From NCBI RefSeq assembly GCF_006345805.1, contig NC_043009.1, forward strand, positions 63,302,001-63,366,000: a stretch of 64,000 nucleotides of DNA, written 5' to 3'. The DNA comes from Octopus sinensis. Lineage: Eukaryota. This document shows positions 13,705-27,748 of this stretch, one piece after another (within the stretch, counting starts at the first letter, position 1; the number at the start of each line of letters is the position of its first letter). A program made the position numbers and the translations under genes. The notes beneath the pieces were generated by a model, which saw only the letters and a list, made by a program, of their open reading frames with translations, was not told where the DNA came from and searched no databases.

Positions 13705-14640
13705 CTCTGCCTGAACTCTCACCAGAACATCACAAAAACTCTGAGACTTCCCACGCTTAGTGACAATGAAGCTCCATCGACGGAGTGGTCATGGAGGTAA
13801 TAACCGATGAAGGGGTTGGTTACCCCCGGGCGAATACTCGATATTTCAGATTAGTAGTTGGTCACCCCTACGTGAGTTTCTACCTAGATTGCGGTTCACA
13901 AGAAGAAGGACCGCGATGAATGTGGAAACAATAAAAGTCGTTAAAGATTTTTAGACCAATTAAACTTCTACAGTCGTTCTTGTATTAGTGTTGCAATACA
14001 GTTTAGCGATACATAGGTATAACGCATATTTAACTATTCCAACAAAACAAGTATTTATAGGTTTGTGTATAAATATATACACGAGCGTGTTATCTAGCTA
14101 CAGACTTTCCCCTACCGCCATTATAATCATATATTATCATTCAACATACCTATATATTATATATATATATATATATCCTATTGTTTCATACAACTATACG
14201 TGCGTGTGTGGGGGCGGCGAAGGTGGTTCTAAAGTTTTTCAACTTATCATTAGTTTTTCCATCTTTTCAGTCTTACACCTCGTTCTTATTGCTCGTAATT
14301 CATTTTTTCCAATTTATCTCTTCATTTTGATGAAGCACTCTAGCAGCGAGGTCCTTCCAAAGAAATAAAGAACAGTTTTCTTTCATAGGATGTGATAAAA
14401 ATCCAACTCAGATAACTTTATCGGGTGTGGCTGAAACGGAAGAAGAACTTGTAGGACTTTTGTTTGAAGTGATAACAGCTTCATTCTTGCAATATTAGTT
14501 GGCTAAAATCTATTCTTTCTATTTCCTTGAACAAAACGAAAAGTTCAGTTTTTATTTATTTATTTTGTGTTTTTTTAGAGAGAGGGTTTTTAAAGAGATG
14601 GTAACAAATGACTGATAGAAATCTGTGCTAAAACAGTTCA

Positions 14641-15040
14641 AGGCGGTGAGCTGGCAGAATCGTTAGCACACTGGGCGAAATGCTTAGCAGTATTTCGTCT
14701 GCCGCTACGTTCTAAGTTCAAATTCCGCCGAGGTCGACTTTGCCTTTCATCCTTTCGGGGTCAATAAATTAAGTACCAGTTACGCACTGGGGTCGATATA
14801 ATCGACTTAATCTGTTTGCCTGTCCTTGATTGCCCTCTCTGTGTTTAGCCCCTTGTGGGTAGTAAAGAAATATGTATTTCGTCTGTCTCTATGTTTTGAG
14901 TTCAAATTCCGCCGAGGTTGACTTTACCTTTCATCCTTTCGGGGTAGATAAATTAAGTACCAGTTGCGTATTGGGATCGATCTAATCGACTGCCCCCCCA
15001 CTCCCCCAAAATTTCGGGCCTTTTGCTAAGAGTAGAAAAT
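14641..15040 (+). mobile_element. Dimeric family B SINE
   Basis: The B-box-to-body segment is duplicated in tandem. Confidence 0.9.
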
Positions 15041-17569
15041 AATATATTTATGCATTTTTGAAAACAAATTACGTTGACCATTAAGTCTTTTATTTAATAA
15101 TCTCTTATAGTGATTTGTCTTGTTCAGCTATAATACAAGACAGTACTAAAGAATTCGTTATTCTTAAATTTAACACACTTATATGCAGAAATTAAAATGT
15201 TTTTTCATGCCATAATGTAAGTCCCAATAGTGTGTGTGATGGTTGCTTCCACAGGGTGTGCTGTTGTACCAAACCAATAACCCTGTATAAGTACCACTAA
15301 AAAAATAAATACAAGCTTTCTATGTATATAATACAACTTCAACTTGATATAATCTTTCTTTCTGGGTGTGTGTTGTTAGATTTGATAAAAGTAAATTACG
15401 ACCAGATATAACACGATACTAAAAGAACAGAGTTATCGTAAAGAAAACCTACAATCTCTAAGTGGGTGTGTGGCACTCACCAAGTGCAACTACATTATAC
15501 GTCCCTGGTTAGTATCGTTACAGCATCACTACGCCATAATTGCCATGTCTTGGAGGATTTGATGAGAAATTTATAAGAACAGTAAATTATTCTTCAAAAA
15601 TAATTCTTTTAGAAAATAATTCCTAATTGCCCGTTAAAGTTTTCACAAAATTTAAAAGCGTGGAGCATTTTTCTTTAATGTTTTTTGTAACACCACTCCT
15701 TGTGTGTTATATATAATTTCTTTATAGTCCGTCAAGAATAGTTTTCCTGATGCTCCTGTTGCTATGGTTGTTCTCTGTTAAATGTACAAATTTCTTAAAT
15801 CAATCCACACTCCTAAACTGTTGTTTCAATCTCAATCTTCGTCACTTTTAACAATCTTGCAATCTCTTCATTTTTCTTTATTCACAATTCATTCTTATAT
15901 CTTTCCTCTATGGAATTCCCCTGAGGCTCTTTTCCCACTATTAATTACATTACCGTACTTCCCCATATAGTTCTAATGTCTGTTAAAACAATTTTTCAGT
16001 TATGAATTAACTCGTTACATCAGAAGCTGCAAATTTATCATTTGTGTTAAAGAGCTTTTTCATCCGATACATTTCGGCTAAAAGCATCTCCGGCCCAACA
16101 TTTTCTGCTTAATTTAGAAATTAGTAAATATGATCTTGAAATGCCCACCATTCAACATAGAAGAGCTGAGATGGTTCGAGAAATATTATCAGCGAAACGT
16201 TTATAGTAAATTAAGAACAATTGTCCCTTGAGGGCAAACGAACACTATTGGCTTTCTACATTGCATGACGGGTTCATGGCAGGTTGACATTATAGCAAAG
16301 TCAAAAGAATTTAATCCTAATGGATGTCTCTTCATCAATTGAAAGCTATTTCCGGGTAGTATTTTCTTCCCTCTATTTCGGAAAGAGAGAAGGAAAAATG
16401 AACGCTTGAAGAATATTATTATTCTGGAGTGGTACATTGTTTGGGTGGTTGCAATTAATATGTTTAATGTTTAGTTTGAATTGCAGGAGCTAAAATTTTC
16501 ATATCTAGTAAAACAGGATAATTTTCCTTGTTGCGTTATTAAATAAATGTAAGAAGGTATAATATAATGTAAAAGCCAGAGCGATACTGCTAAAAGAATA
16601 AAAGAAATCTTATTCGATATTTCAGTCGTAAAATACTCAAGTTATGAATTCAATATCCCACGAAAACGAACTGCTTGAACAGAGGACACAAAATATAATG
16701 TAGCCGCTTGGGGGGGAAAATAACTTATTTTATTTTGTAAACTTTCTGTTTTCTGGTATATACTGAGTCATAAACAATAAAAAAACATGTTTAAATCAAT
16801 TACTACTCTTTTACATAAAATAACATCATATATGGATGCATTGTCGGTGAGAAACCACCGAGCAAACGTTTTAAAAGGGGATGTCACTTCACGATTAAGG
16901 CAGATGATAAGATATTGGCTAAGAAGAGAGCTAATTATTTTCCTTCTCATCAAAGATGTAATTTTAGTTAATTAATATTACATGACTCACCATACTAAGT
17001 ATGTCAACACCAACCTTACTATTTTGATTTTTATGCAAAAAAGTGTCCCTGGGTATTTTTCTCTCGTCATTATTTCAATTTTCGCAATCAACCGTGTTTA
17101 TTGACAAACAAAATAAGAAATAACAATTTATATAGTTTTATAGTAATTTTTATCAGGCAATTGACTGGTAAAGTCTATACTTTGTTGACGAAGTCTCATA
17201 AAACCAAAAGATGTCCAGAGCTGCCACAGTACTGCCAACACCAAACTCATTCACCTCTTCATTAATTATATATAGTTTTTAAATAATCCAAATTTCGGAG
17301 TTACCTATCTTTCTTTTCTTGACAAGAGTTCATCACTAAGTTAAATTAATGATTTTTTTTCTTCTCACTACACGTGTAACTTAATTATAATTATTTATTT
17401 TACCACATCATGCTAGCGCCGACCTTTTCTCTAAGAATAAGGAGGCGATTTTCATACTATGCTTTGAAATGAAGACATCCTAATTCATAAAAAAGGTAGA
17501 ACAGGATTTAATTCATTAAAAGTTCTACTGACATTGGGTTATTTACGGTTTATTAACGACAATATGTTT

Positions 17570-17960
17570 AATGCGCTTTAGCGGGGCGTATCTTTCGTGA
17601 CAACAATAGAATAAAACGAGTTTCCTATTGATGGATACTTCAGTCTGTTGCAGTATATGCAGTTTCTCGTGGAGGCAAAGTTAGCAGTTGCGAACTCTGC
17701 ATGGATAAAGAAGGTCCTTTCCTTTCAAAGATGCTCCATGCAATGATTGGGAAGTCGTTTCCTTGGTCCCAAAGTTTTCAGATGAAGCGGAACATGAATA
17801 TAGGGTTTCCTTGTCTCTGTACCTGAGGGTGTATATGCATTGCGGAAATCTTCCCTTGAAATCATTGGCTATTATACCCGTGTAGTGTCTTCTGGTACCG
17901 TCGTACAATGTGAGGGTAACTCTATAGAACACAACCTTTGAGATGTAGGATCTTCCAGTT
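17570..17960 (-). mobile_element. Penelope-like element GIY-YIG endonuclease remnant
   Basis: Minus frame reads GRSYISKVVFYRVTLTLYDGTRRHYTGIIANDFKGRF...CRVRNC*LCLHEKLHILQQ...INRKLVLFYCCH. This resembles the PLE C-terminus (IVYxATV..YIGxTxxxFKxR..CNLCLxEKLxIL..LNKRSELVSxCRH). It is degenerate. Confidence 0.7.
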
Positions 17961-18074
17961 TTACTCTACCGAACCTCCATAGCCATTCTATGTGTATAAA
18001 AAAGAACAACCTACTGTATATGTTTAAATATTATTAGGAATTGTATAAAACAAAATTGTTAAAATATTTTGTGT

Positions 18075-18268
18075 AGGCGTAGATGTGTGGTAAGAAGCTT
18101 GCTTCGCAACCACATGGTTCCGGGTTCAGTCCCACTGCATGGCACCTTGGGCAGATGTCTTCTACTACAGCCACGCGCCGATCAAAGCCTTGTGAGTGGA
18201 TTTGGTAGACGGAAACTGAAAGAAGCCCATCGTATATATACACACACACACACATATATATATTATAT

Positions 18269-18305
<37 letters not shown>

Positions 18306-18722
18306 GCTATTTTACTCTTTTACTTGTTTCAGTCATTTGACTACGGCCATGCTGGAGCACCACCTTTAGTCGAGAAAATCTACCCCGGGACTTATTCTTT
18401 GTAAGCCCAGTACTTATTCTATCGGTCTGTTTTGCCGAACCGCTAAGTGACGGGGACGTAAACACACCAGCATCGGTTGTCAAGCAATGCTAGGGGGACA
18501 AACACAAACACACACATACACATATATATATATATATATACATATATACGACAGGCTTCTTTCCGTTTCCGTCTACCAAATCCACTCACAAGGCATTGGT
18601 CGACCCGGGGCTATAGCAGAAGACACTTCCCAAGATGCCACGCAGTGGGATGAACCCGGAACCATGTGGTTGGTTAGCAAGCTACTTACCACTCAGCCAC
18701 TCCTGATAAATGTATGTATATA

Positions 18723-18789
<67 letters not shown>

Positions 18790-18945
18790 CTGTGTTTGTC
18801 TCCCCACTGTCGCTCGACAACCGATGTTGGTTTACGTCCCCGTAACTTAGCGATTCGGCAAATGAGAACAGATAAAATAAGTCCTAGGCTTACAAAGAAT
18901 ACGTCAAATGACTGAAACAAGTAAAGGAATAAAAGAACTGTAGAA
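18075..18945. mobile_element. Three family C SINE segments (+ head, - near-full, + tail) joined by microsatellites
   Basis: Homology to 60690-61100. Confidence 0.85.
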
Positions 18946-19554
18946 GAGTAACCAGTTTCTGGCACATAAATTTCAACAACGAAACCTAATGTGAACCGCT
19001 AAGGGCCATATGGACCCCGGTTGAGCTGGTGGATTTACGCATGAATCGCACTGAACATTGTGCGCCAAGCAGAATAAATGCCCATGCTGTAATATGGTGG
19101 ATTGAAGAGCTGTCGTAACTTACCAAACGGTAGTAACAAAGAGCTCATACTCTCCACTTCCGGTAAAGTGGGATGAGAACTAGAAGCTTGTTGGGACACA
19201 CCTACTATGCGGGAATATCTTTATTTCGGAAGACAGGTAGGCGGTTGGACATATCCGGATAAATTAAGGATAGAAAGTAATGTAATCAAGCGAGAAATGA
19301 TAATTGATGGAGAAATGTAGCGATAAGAGATTTGCAAAAGGAAAAACCGATCTATTCATGGGCAACAGTCAACGGATATTTGTTGTTTGAAATAAATGCT
19401 TAGACGTCCAAAGGATGGTGGGGGGTGCATAATTGGCATCACGGTGTCCTGGTGTGTGTGTGTGCGTGTGTCTGTTTTGTGTGAGTTTGTACGTGTATAG
19501 AGACAGACGTACATAAATATACAGAGAAATTGGTGGATATAGATATATTAGATA

Positions 19555-19558
19555 AAAA

Positions 19559-19648
<90 letters not shown>

Positions 19649-19649
19649 G

Positions 19650-19704
<55 letters not shown>

Positions 19705-19705
19705 G

Positions 19706-19737
<32 letters not shown>

Positions 19738-19800
19738 TAAATAAATAGATGGACAGACAGGTAGATAGATTGATAGACAAACAGACAGATAGATAGGTAA
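19555..19800. repeat. (GACA)n(GATA)n tetranucleotide microsatellite
   Basis: Direct inspection; similar tracts at 35925-36015 and 37745-37905. Confidence 0.95.
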
Positions 19801-21168
19801 TATTATGTGAGTGCGTATATGTATATGTGTGGTAAGCAAGCTACTTACCACACAGCCACTCTTACTCCTATAAAGTTGGTGATTTTTTTTCTACAAAGTA
19901 AGACGCATTCTGGAGTACTGTTGATGCAATCTGGTATGGTTGAACTAGTACCTGAATTAATGTACACAGAAAAAAATCCATTTAATTGAATGGGTTTTTT
20001 TCTACCCAAGTACCATTATACAACAACCAGAGGCCGCTGACAAATACACTGTTTTGTTTCGGTTCAGTTCGTGATATTACTGTAATTCTCTCCCCGTTCT
20101 GTATATTCCATAGTAATTCAAATCGAACACTAACCCCACCAAATCTCACGAGTTTGTGAAAACCTCACTAAGGCCATAAGTGCTGCCCCTTCGTCATCTG
20201 AATAACTAATAAGTACCATATACAAATAAACATATGAGTACATATTTGCATGCTTAGACTTATATACGGTGATATACAGCAATCTACTTCAATGAATCCT
20301 AATATCTTTGCCTGCTCGATGGTTTTTTTCTTTTTCACTGAGAAATTATTGCGCTACCAAATTACGCAGAGGTACCATGGGACTGATATCTTTGTAACCA
20401 ACGAAGGTCTGCAAGAGTACCGTAATTTTGACAAGGGTTTTACTGTGTTCAAAGAAATAATTTGTGCTTCTGTCGAATCATAGAAGTTATCTGTATGCAG
20501 TAAGATTTTTCTGTTCAAGTATCTACAGATTTCACAGCAGATTACAACAAAGCTGAATGCCTACATCTGATGCATTCATCAACTGCATCTACGTTATCTG
20601 TTTCTTATATTAAAAAAATACTTTATATGAACAGTTGATCAATAGTCCAGTGTACGTGAAAAAAGCCACAGATTCTTGTAAAAGTGTTTTGACCAAGTTA
20701 AGAAAATAACTGTCATTCAGTTAAGAAATTAAGTTGTTAGCAATATTTTTCTAATCGCTAGATTATTATCGTAAGTCTAATTAAATTTAACAGAACCATT
20801 AGTTGAGATTTAAAGCGGCTTTAGTTGATAAAGCCATGGGCAATTTTGTCTTTGTATAAATGGCACAATTTAGCTCTCCCGTGAGAAAATATCAGCTGTG
20901 TAAAGAAAGGCAAGGAAACATAACAGATTTCACATGTAATTAAATAATTTATTTCTTGTAAAAATTATTTCTAATGTTTTGTTATAATCATTTATTAATT
21001 AAAAAGGATTTTTTGTCTGTATTAAAATGTGATACATATTTCAAGACAAAAAAATAACTATCTATTCTTCTAAAACATTTTCGTCGGGCTGGGATTGCCA
21101 TTGCCCAAGAGAGGGAGATTTGGATTCAGAGCATATGGAAACAAAACTAACTACTGCATCCCTTCTGC

Positions 21169-21227
<59 letters not shown>

Positions 21228-21232
<5 letters not shown>

Positions 21233-21680
21233 TGTTTTGTCTTGGTATAAAAGATGGGCTACAGCGAATATTCTGCTCAATACCACAGATTTGTTTGTCA
21301 GTTGTTTGGCCTTAATCAGTTGAGCATGTCCCTTAGTGGCATCTCTGATCACGAGCAGAAGTAGTGGGGGAGCATCATAACCATGTGTTGAGAGGGATTC
21401 TTTGGGGTTTGAATAATTCACCTCTCGAAACATGGGTGGTTCGTTCAACATCCTTAAACAACCCTTATTCAGGGACCTTTTGAACGGGATGGGTTACTCA
21501 ACCAGAAGAACAAGGTCATGTGCTGTTTATCTTGATATGAGATCACCATGTCGCGCACATATGGTTGTGATGCGTGTGCCTAGTGTACCTTTATCAGACG
21601 GGTTGTCATGATGAGTATACTGGGCTTCGTATATTTTACCCCAGTGTCACTTTGATGGCATGCACTACTCTCTCACTCAA
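21228..21680 (+). mobile_element. Unclassified interspersed element bounded by (TAA)n on both sides
   Basis: About 450 bp of complex sequence between two (TAA)n runs; no ORF recognised. Confidence 0.4.
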
Positions 21681-21702
21681 TGATAATAATAATAATAATA
21701 AC

Positions 21703-21737
<35 letters not shown>

Positions 21738-22133
21738 CTACAGCAGCAACAACAACAGCAACAAGGATGTTGATCATCGTCGTCGTTGTTGTTAGGGAAT
21801 TTAACAAAGAATTTAACATAGGCGCAGGAATGGCTGTGTGGTAAGTAGCTTGCTAACCAGCCACATGTTTCCGGGTTCAGTCCCACTGCGTAGCACCATG
21901 GGCAAGTGTCTTCTGAGCCTTGTGAGTGAATTTGGTAGGCGGAAACTGAAAGAAGCCATTTTGTGTGAGGAGTTAAGTAGAATAAATTGACTCCCGCACT
22001 CAACTGATACTTATTTTATGGAACCCAAATGGATGAAAGGCAAAGTTGATCTTGGCGGAATGTTAAGACAGACGAAATGTCGTTCAGCATTTTGTCCGGC
22101 ATGCTAACGATTCTACCAATTTTATTTTATTTA

Positions 22134-22437
22134 TGCGCCCTTTTCAAACCTAGCCAGGCTCATGGGTCCGGTTTCCCGGTTTCTGTGGCGTATGTGTTCC
22201 CCCCAGCTGGATGGGACGCCAGGCCATCGCAGCGTTACTCAAGAAACAGGAAGAGAGAATGAGAGAAAGTTGGGGCGAAAGAGTACAACAGGAGTCACCA
22301 CCACTCCCTACCGGAGCCTCGTGGGGCTTTAGGCGTTTTCGCTCAATAAACACAAACAACGCCCGGTCTGGGAATCGAAACCGCGATCCTCCGACCGCGA
22401 ATTCGCTGCCCTAACCACTGGACCATTGCGCCTCCAA
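22134..22437 (-). mobile_element. Family A head SINE with alternative 3' tail (tail 2)
   Basis: Head and body match 1531-1720, then continue CTGCGATGGCCTGGCGTCCCATCCAGCTGGGG...; sister copy at 51241-51538. Confidence 0.85.
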
Positions 22438-23205
22438 CTCACCGCCTTACCAACAACAATAATTATTAACCGAACGGAGGAAGTTATTCGTGCAAACAAT
22501 TCGCAGCGTGCAGAGACGCCCTCATGTTGAAAGTTTTTACAACTTTTATCTCTCAATTTCTGAAACGACAGGGAATATTACCAACAGAACCCCAGAAAAA
22601 AGATGTAAGCTTTCAAAACGCATATATTTGGGTCAAAACCAAATATATTCCAGCTTCAGAAGACGGGATATCATAATATGATCGGTTGGTGTCATTCCGA
22701 TGCTAGAGAAACATGTTTTGATCATTTAAAAACCATTAACCTGGTATTCTGTTGTGACTAGGAAAAGACGGTAAAGGAGGAAATGTTTAGATGACTGATA
22801 TTTTGTCTACAAGAAGTCTATCAGAGATCTATTCTGTCATCAGGAGGGAGACGATAGTTGCTTGTTTTTCAAGTGACACTTTTAGATAACGGTGTCAGTT
22901 TTCGGTTCGGTCATCTACCATCCAGTGCTTATAGGTATCACATTAGCCTGCTTGTTATTGCCCTTCCGCCCCTTCACATCTCTACAAATATATTTCATTT
23001 CTTTCCTCTTTCCTTATTTAATGTTAATCGGCGGAATATATTTATTTACTTTCGGCAAAATAATTTATTAATGGCTCCAAAACGCGAATTATTATTATTT
23101 TTCGTTGTCACTAAACCGTTTCTTAACACAGTTATCAAGATTTCAATAGCAGTGAAACTATAGGTATATGTGTATATACGGACACTCACATGTATGTATG
23201 TATTA

Positions 23206-23304
<99 letters not shown>

Positions 23305-23340
23305 ATATAAATAATATATGAATATATGACTATATGCATA

Positions 23341-24245
23341 CATATATGTACTTACCTACATATATATGTATATATACATGTATATATGGGTACAGGACAT
23401 CAAAAAAAAACGTTGAACTCAATGAGAAACGAAAACATTAAAAAAAACATAGAAAACGAACTTTTTTCGAACAACGAAAAAATAAACAGAGAAACGAGAA
23501 TGCAATATAAAGAATATTCCCCTTCATCAGTTTTCCCTGTTTCATCTACTCCGCGTTCGAAGGCAAGGACAATACGCGACTTCGTTGAAACAATCCTTCC
23601 CGCAAAGCAAATTAAATAAAATTTGGGATTTTTTGCGGAGGGTGAAAGTGGTAGCAAGAACAGGACAGTGAGAACAAGACAGTAAAAACAAACGGTGAGG
23701 GCTGTTGAGCCAAGATGACAGAAACATTATTATGAACGCTAGGAGGACGAGCTTATGAGAGGAGACAGGTATAAGCACGTGCTGTCTTTAGGAAGGAAAT
23801 GGGCAGAAAGAGAGATTCACTTTCGTCACGTGTCAGCGACGAGAGAGTCAAGGAGGAAGAGTGAGAGAGAGGGAACGGTAAAGGGGAGGGGAGAAGAATA
23901 AGGAAGGGTGGGCGAGAAAACCAGAAAGGATGAAGAACAAGAGAGAGACAGAGACAGGAACAGAGAAGAGATAGTAGAGATAGAGTAAGTGTGCGCATCG
24001 TAATTATTAAGATAAAACTTACTTGGAAAAGGATGCTTGGCGTTCGATCATATAATAATATAAATAATATATAAATATATGCATATATACATACATATAT
24101 GTACATGCATATATAGGTACAGGACATCCAAAAACCGTTGAACACAATGAGATACGAAAACATAAAAACAAAAACATAGAAAACGAACTTTTTTCGAACA
24201 ACGAAAAAAAAAACATACAGAGAAACGAGACATGCAACATATATG
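23341..24245 (-). mobile_element. (TA)n-flanked non-coding repeat with a partial direct duplicate of its end (pseudo-LTR-like)
   Basis: 24105-24245 duplicates 23390-23510; homologues at 47537-48190 and 55200-55425 share CCCTTCATCA and CCCGCAAAGCAAATTAAATAAAAT. Confidence 0.6.
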
Positions 24246-24249
24246 ATAC

Positions 24250-24540
24250 TTTTTGGTAAAGCAGGGAATTCACTTTCCGAGACATCAGAAATATTATCAA
24301 GAATTAAACTTTCAATCTTACTGGCTTCCCGCTCGGTCGATGAATCTTCATCCGACGAAGACATTTTTCAGCATCTTGCCGGCAATTAATGTTTTCCCCC
24401 ACGGATGAAAACCATAGATAGATTTCGAAAGAAAACCAGAATGCAATTTTTAAACAAAAAGTCCAACAATAGGCGCAACAAGAGGTATAACAATTAACAG
24501 TAACTTACTTTACGAACACACTCCAACAATAAATTTTCAA
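24250..24540 (-). mobile_element. Possible 5' fragment of a DNA transposon (piggyBac-like acidic N-terminus)
   Basis: ATG at 24364 gives MSSSDEDSSTEREASKIESLILDNISDVSESEF, cut at the boundary of the neighbouring repeat. The resemblance is compositional only. Confidence 0.25.
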
Positions 24541-24541
24541 T

Positions 24542-24978
24542 GACAGACAGACGAAATACCTATTTCTTTGCTACCCACAAGGGGCTAAACACAGAGAGGA
24601 CAAACAAGGACAGACAAACGGATTAAGTCGATTACATCGACCCCAGTGTGTAACTGGTACTTATTTAATCGACCCCGAAAGGATGAAAGGCAAAGTCGAC
24701 CTCGGTGGAATTTGGAACTCAGAACGTAGCGGCAGACGAAATACCTATTTCTTTACTACCCACAAGGGGCTAAACATAGAGGGGACAAACAAGGACAGAC
24801 AAATGGATTAAGTCGATTACATGGACCCCAGTGCGTAACTGGTACTTAATTTATCTACCCCCGAAAGGATGAAAGGCAAAGTCGACCTCGGCAGAATTTG
24901 AACTCAGAACGTAACGGCAGACGATATACGGCTACGCATTTCGCTCGGCATGCTAACATTTCTGCCAGCTCGCCGCCT
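24542..24978 (-). mobile_element. Family B SINE with three tandem internal units
   Basis: The GAAATACCTATTTCTTT.CTACCCACAAGGGGCTAAAC unit is repeated. Confidence 0.85.
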
Positions 24979-27073
24979 TTATGCCAATTTGTGAATTGAA
25001 TGAAGCATTGTTTCTCACAGGTAACTTTATTTCAGTAACCCAATGTTTACACGCTATTATTTATTGGTTTATTTGCTTCGAGATACACTGTTCCAAATAA
25101 AGAAATATTGTTTCATTTCAACAGAATCACACTGGGTATATCTACAAATAAATTTAAGCGTTCACTTCTCACTCTTCTCTCTCTTCCCTCTCTTCTTTTA
25201 CTTTCCCCTCCTCTTCTCTCTCTTTCCCCTCCTCTTCTCTCTCTTTCCTCTCTTCTTTTACTTTCCCCTCCTCTTCTCTCTTTTCTTTATCCCCCCCTCT
25301 CTCTCTCTCTCTATCTCTCTATCTATCTATCATATGTGCGTATGTGGATATACGGACTTCCATGTTCAGGGTCATTGTGTGTGTGTGAAATGGATACAAA
25401 TTTGGTTTAACTGGCCACTCATTTCACATTTTCTTATATTCATTTATCTAACTTACGAACTCCGCAGCTTCCCATGGACTTATTTTATAAAAAAAAAACC
25501 ACTTCATTAAGAAAGATATTTTTGTCTAAATATTATAAAACCTAAATAACATCACGGTTACAATTGAGATAAGCTTTAGACGAGGCACGTGTTCCTCCGT
25601 AAGATTAACCCAAGAATCCAACTTCCAGTTTACAGAATGGTACAATTCAGAACGAATTGCCTTTTTATTTATTTATTCTCTTTTTTCATATGAGATCGCT
25701 CTTCAGAAGAACATTTTAATACAAGTTATTCCTATACCATATTAATCTCTTCCATTCATCATAGTTTATTATAGTATAGATTCTATTTTGTTCTCACATT
25801 TAAAAAAAAAAGACTTCCTAGCTACGACAACGGAAACAAATTCGTAAATTTTACAACGGGGTCAATTTTATAGGAAGAGACTAGAGTAAAAGAGGTTGAT
25901 TGATAAAAACTGACATTCCTATCTGCTTAGGGAAGTAGGACGTAGCTGTAAAGTTGTAGCTGTTTGTAACTTTTAATTCAATTAACTTAGTTTCATATCC
26001 AGCTGGAAGTCTTTGCTTATCTCAACATACAGATCTGATCTATATACACAGTGTGTGTGGAGGTCGTTTAGTGTTAACCTGCCTTCACCAAGGTCATAAG
26101 AGGTATGCACATATGAAACACTCTGTACATTTATTATATTCTAGGTTACAGATATTAATTATACTCATCCAGTTATGTATATTGATTTATTAATAAGATA
26201 AGTTCTGAAGGCAGTAAGCTGGCAGAATCGTTAGCAGGTCAAGCAATGTTTAATGGTATTTCGCCCGTCTTTATGTTCTGAGTTCAAATTCCGCCGAGGC
26301 CGTCTTTTTCCTTTTGGGGGTCGATAAAATAAGTACCAGTTGATTACTGGAGTCGATGTACTCGACTATTCCCCTCCCCCCAAAATTACTGGCCTTGTGC
26401 CAACATTTGAAATCAGTATTATAAGATGATTCAAAGAATACGTCTGAGTATGTTAAATATAAGGCATGGCTTTCCAGTTCAGAAGCTTTGCTTTATAGCA
26501 AGGGTCGGGGAACTGTTTTTTTATCAATTATCCCAAAATATTTCTATTTACGCCGAAGTTATCCCCTTGATTTGAAAGAAAGAAAAACATAGATTCTTTG
26601 AATTCAAAAGATTTACTGAGTCTATTTTATTGAATCTATTTATACTAATTTATTTCCACTTCCATTACATTCGACAGATGCAATGTTACCAGAAGAAAAA
26701 TTTCTGTCGTAACAAGGAACACATTTTTTATGTAATTTTACTTATGTATAATGAGTTCTCATTATCTCAAGGAATTTCATTTTTACCCCATTTGGAGTAA
26801 TTTACTACGGGTCGCCGACTCCCGCTTTATAGCCATGTGGTTTCTGATCCACTTCCGTTGCACGGCAACTTGTACCAGTGTCTTCTACTAAATACCCCGA
26901 GCTGACCACTGCTTTGTGAGTGGATTTGGTCGACGGCAACTGTGGGGATGTCCGTTGCATACATACATATATATATATATATACAATTAGTAATATCAGG
27001 GTAAAAAAAAATTTAGAAATGTTTACTACCTGTGGCCTAGCGTGTAGGAAAATTAGTCAATAGACTATATATT

Positions 27074-27274
27074 ATTCATATAAATACAGTGTACATTTAA
27101 ACGCATAAAAGGTAACCATCATAGGATACCTAGCACGCTAGAAGGAATAGCCAAAATCCAAACCATTATTAGGGATAAATTTCGAAGGGAACGAAAAATA
27201 TTCCTCCTAGCGTGCCAGGTATTCTATGATGGTTACTTCTTATGTGTTTAAATGTACACTGAATTTATATGAAT
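27074..27274. repeat. Foldback with 76-bp arms and 49-bp spacer
   Basis: 27074-27149 is a near reverse complement of 27199-27274. Confidence 0.8.
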
Positions 27275-27487
27275 ATATATATGTATATATAGTTTCGCTT
27301 ATGTGGTGGTTATCTCCCTTATCAGTATATGAAAATGTGCTTTCTTGCATCTCTAAGGAATTTTTAACTCTTATTTCTAGCAATATAGGTGCTACCCAGC
27401 ACCCTCAGCCACATTTAGTGACAATTGAGTTTTTTCCTATTTAGTTTTTATGTTGCGTATAAAAACTAAATATTTTATACACACACA

Positions 27488-27548
<61 letters not shown>

Positions 27549-27697
27549 ATCATAATAAGGGCATTGATGAGCAGCACCACATGATAGAAATAGACGCCAA
27601 ATAGCTTTAAGAACTACGTTATTTACCCCTTTGGCATGGGTTGAAAGCGAGGGAAGTGAACAAAGATTTTTTAAGGGTTTATATATATATGTATGTA

Positions 27698-27747
<50 letters not shown>

Positions 27748-27748
<1 letters not shown>

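Noticed and set aside
13800-13840. CCGATGA-A-GGGG..CCCC
   Set aside because: No GAAA follows stem II and no stem I forms.
22560-22760. Faint piggyBac-like peptide (SRLLKLEYIWF*PKYMRFESLHLFS) on the minus strand
   Set aside because: The similarity is too weak to call without an HMM search.
22815-22845. Minus-strand CTGATGA-CAGA..TCTG
   Set aside because: It is followed by ATAG rather than GAAA.
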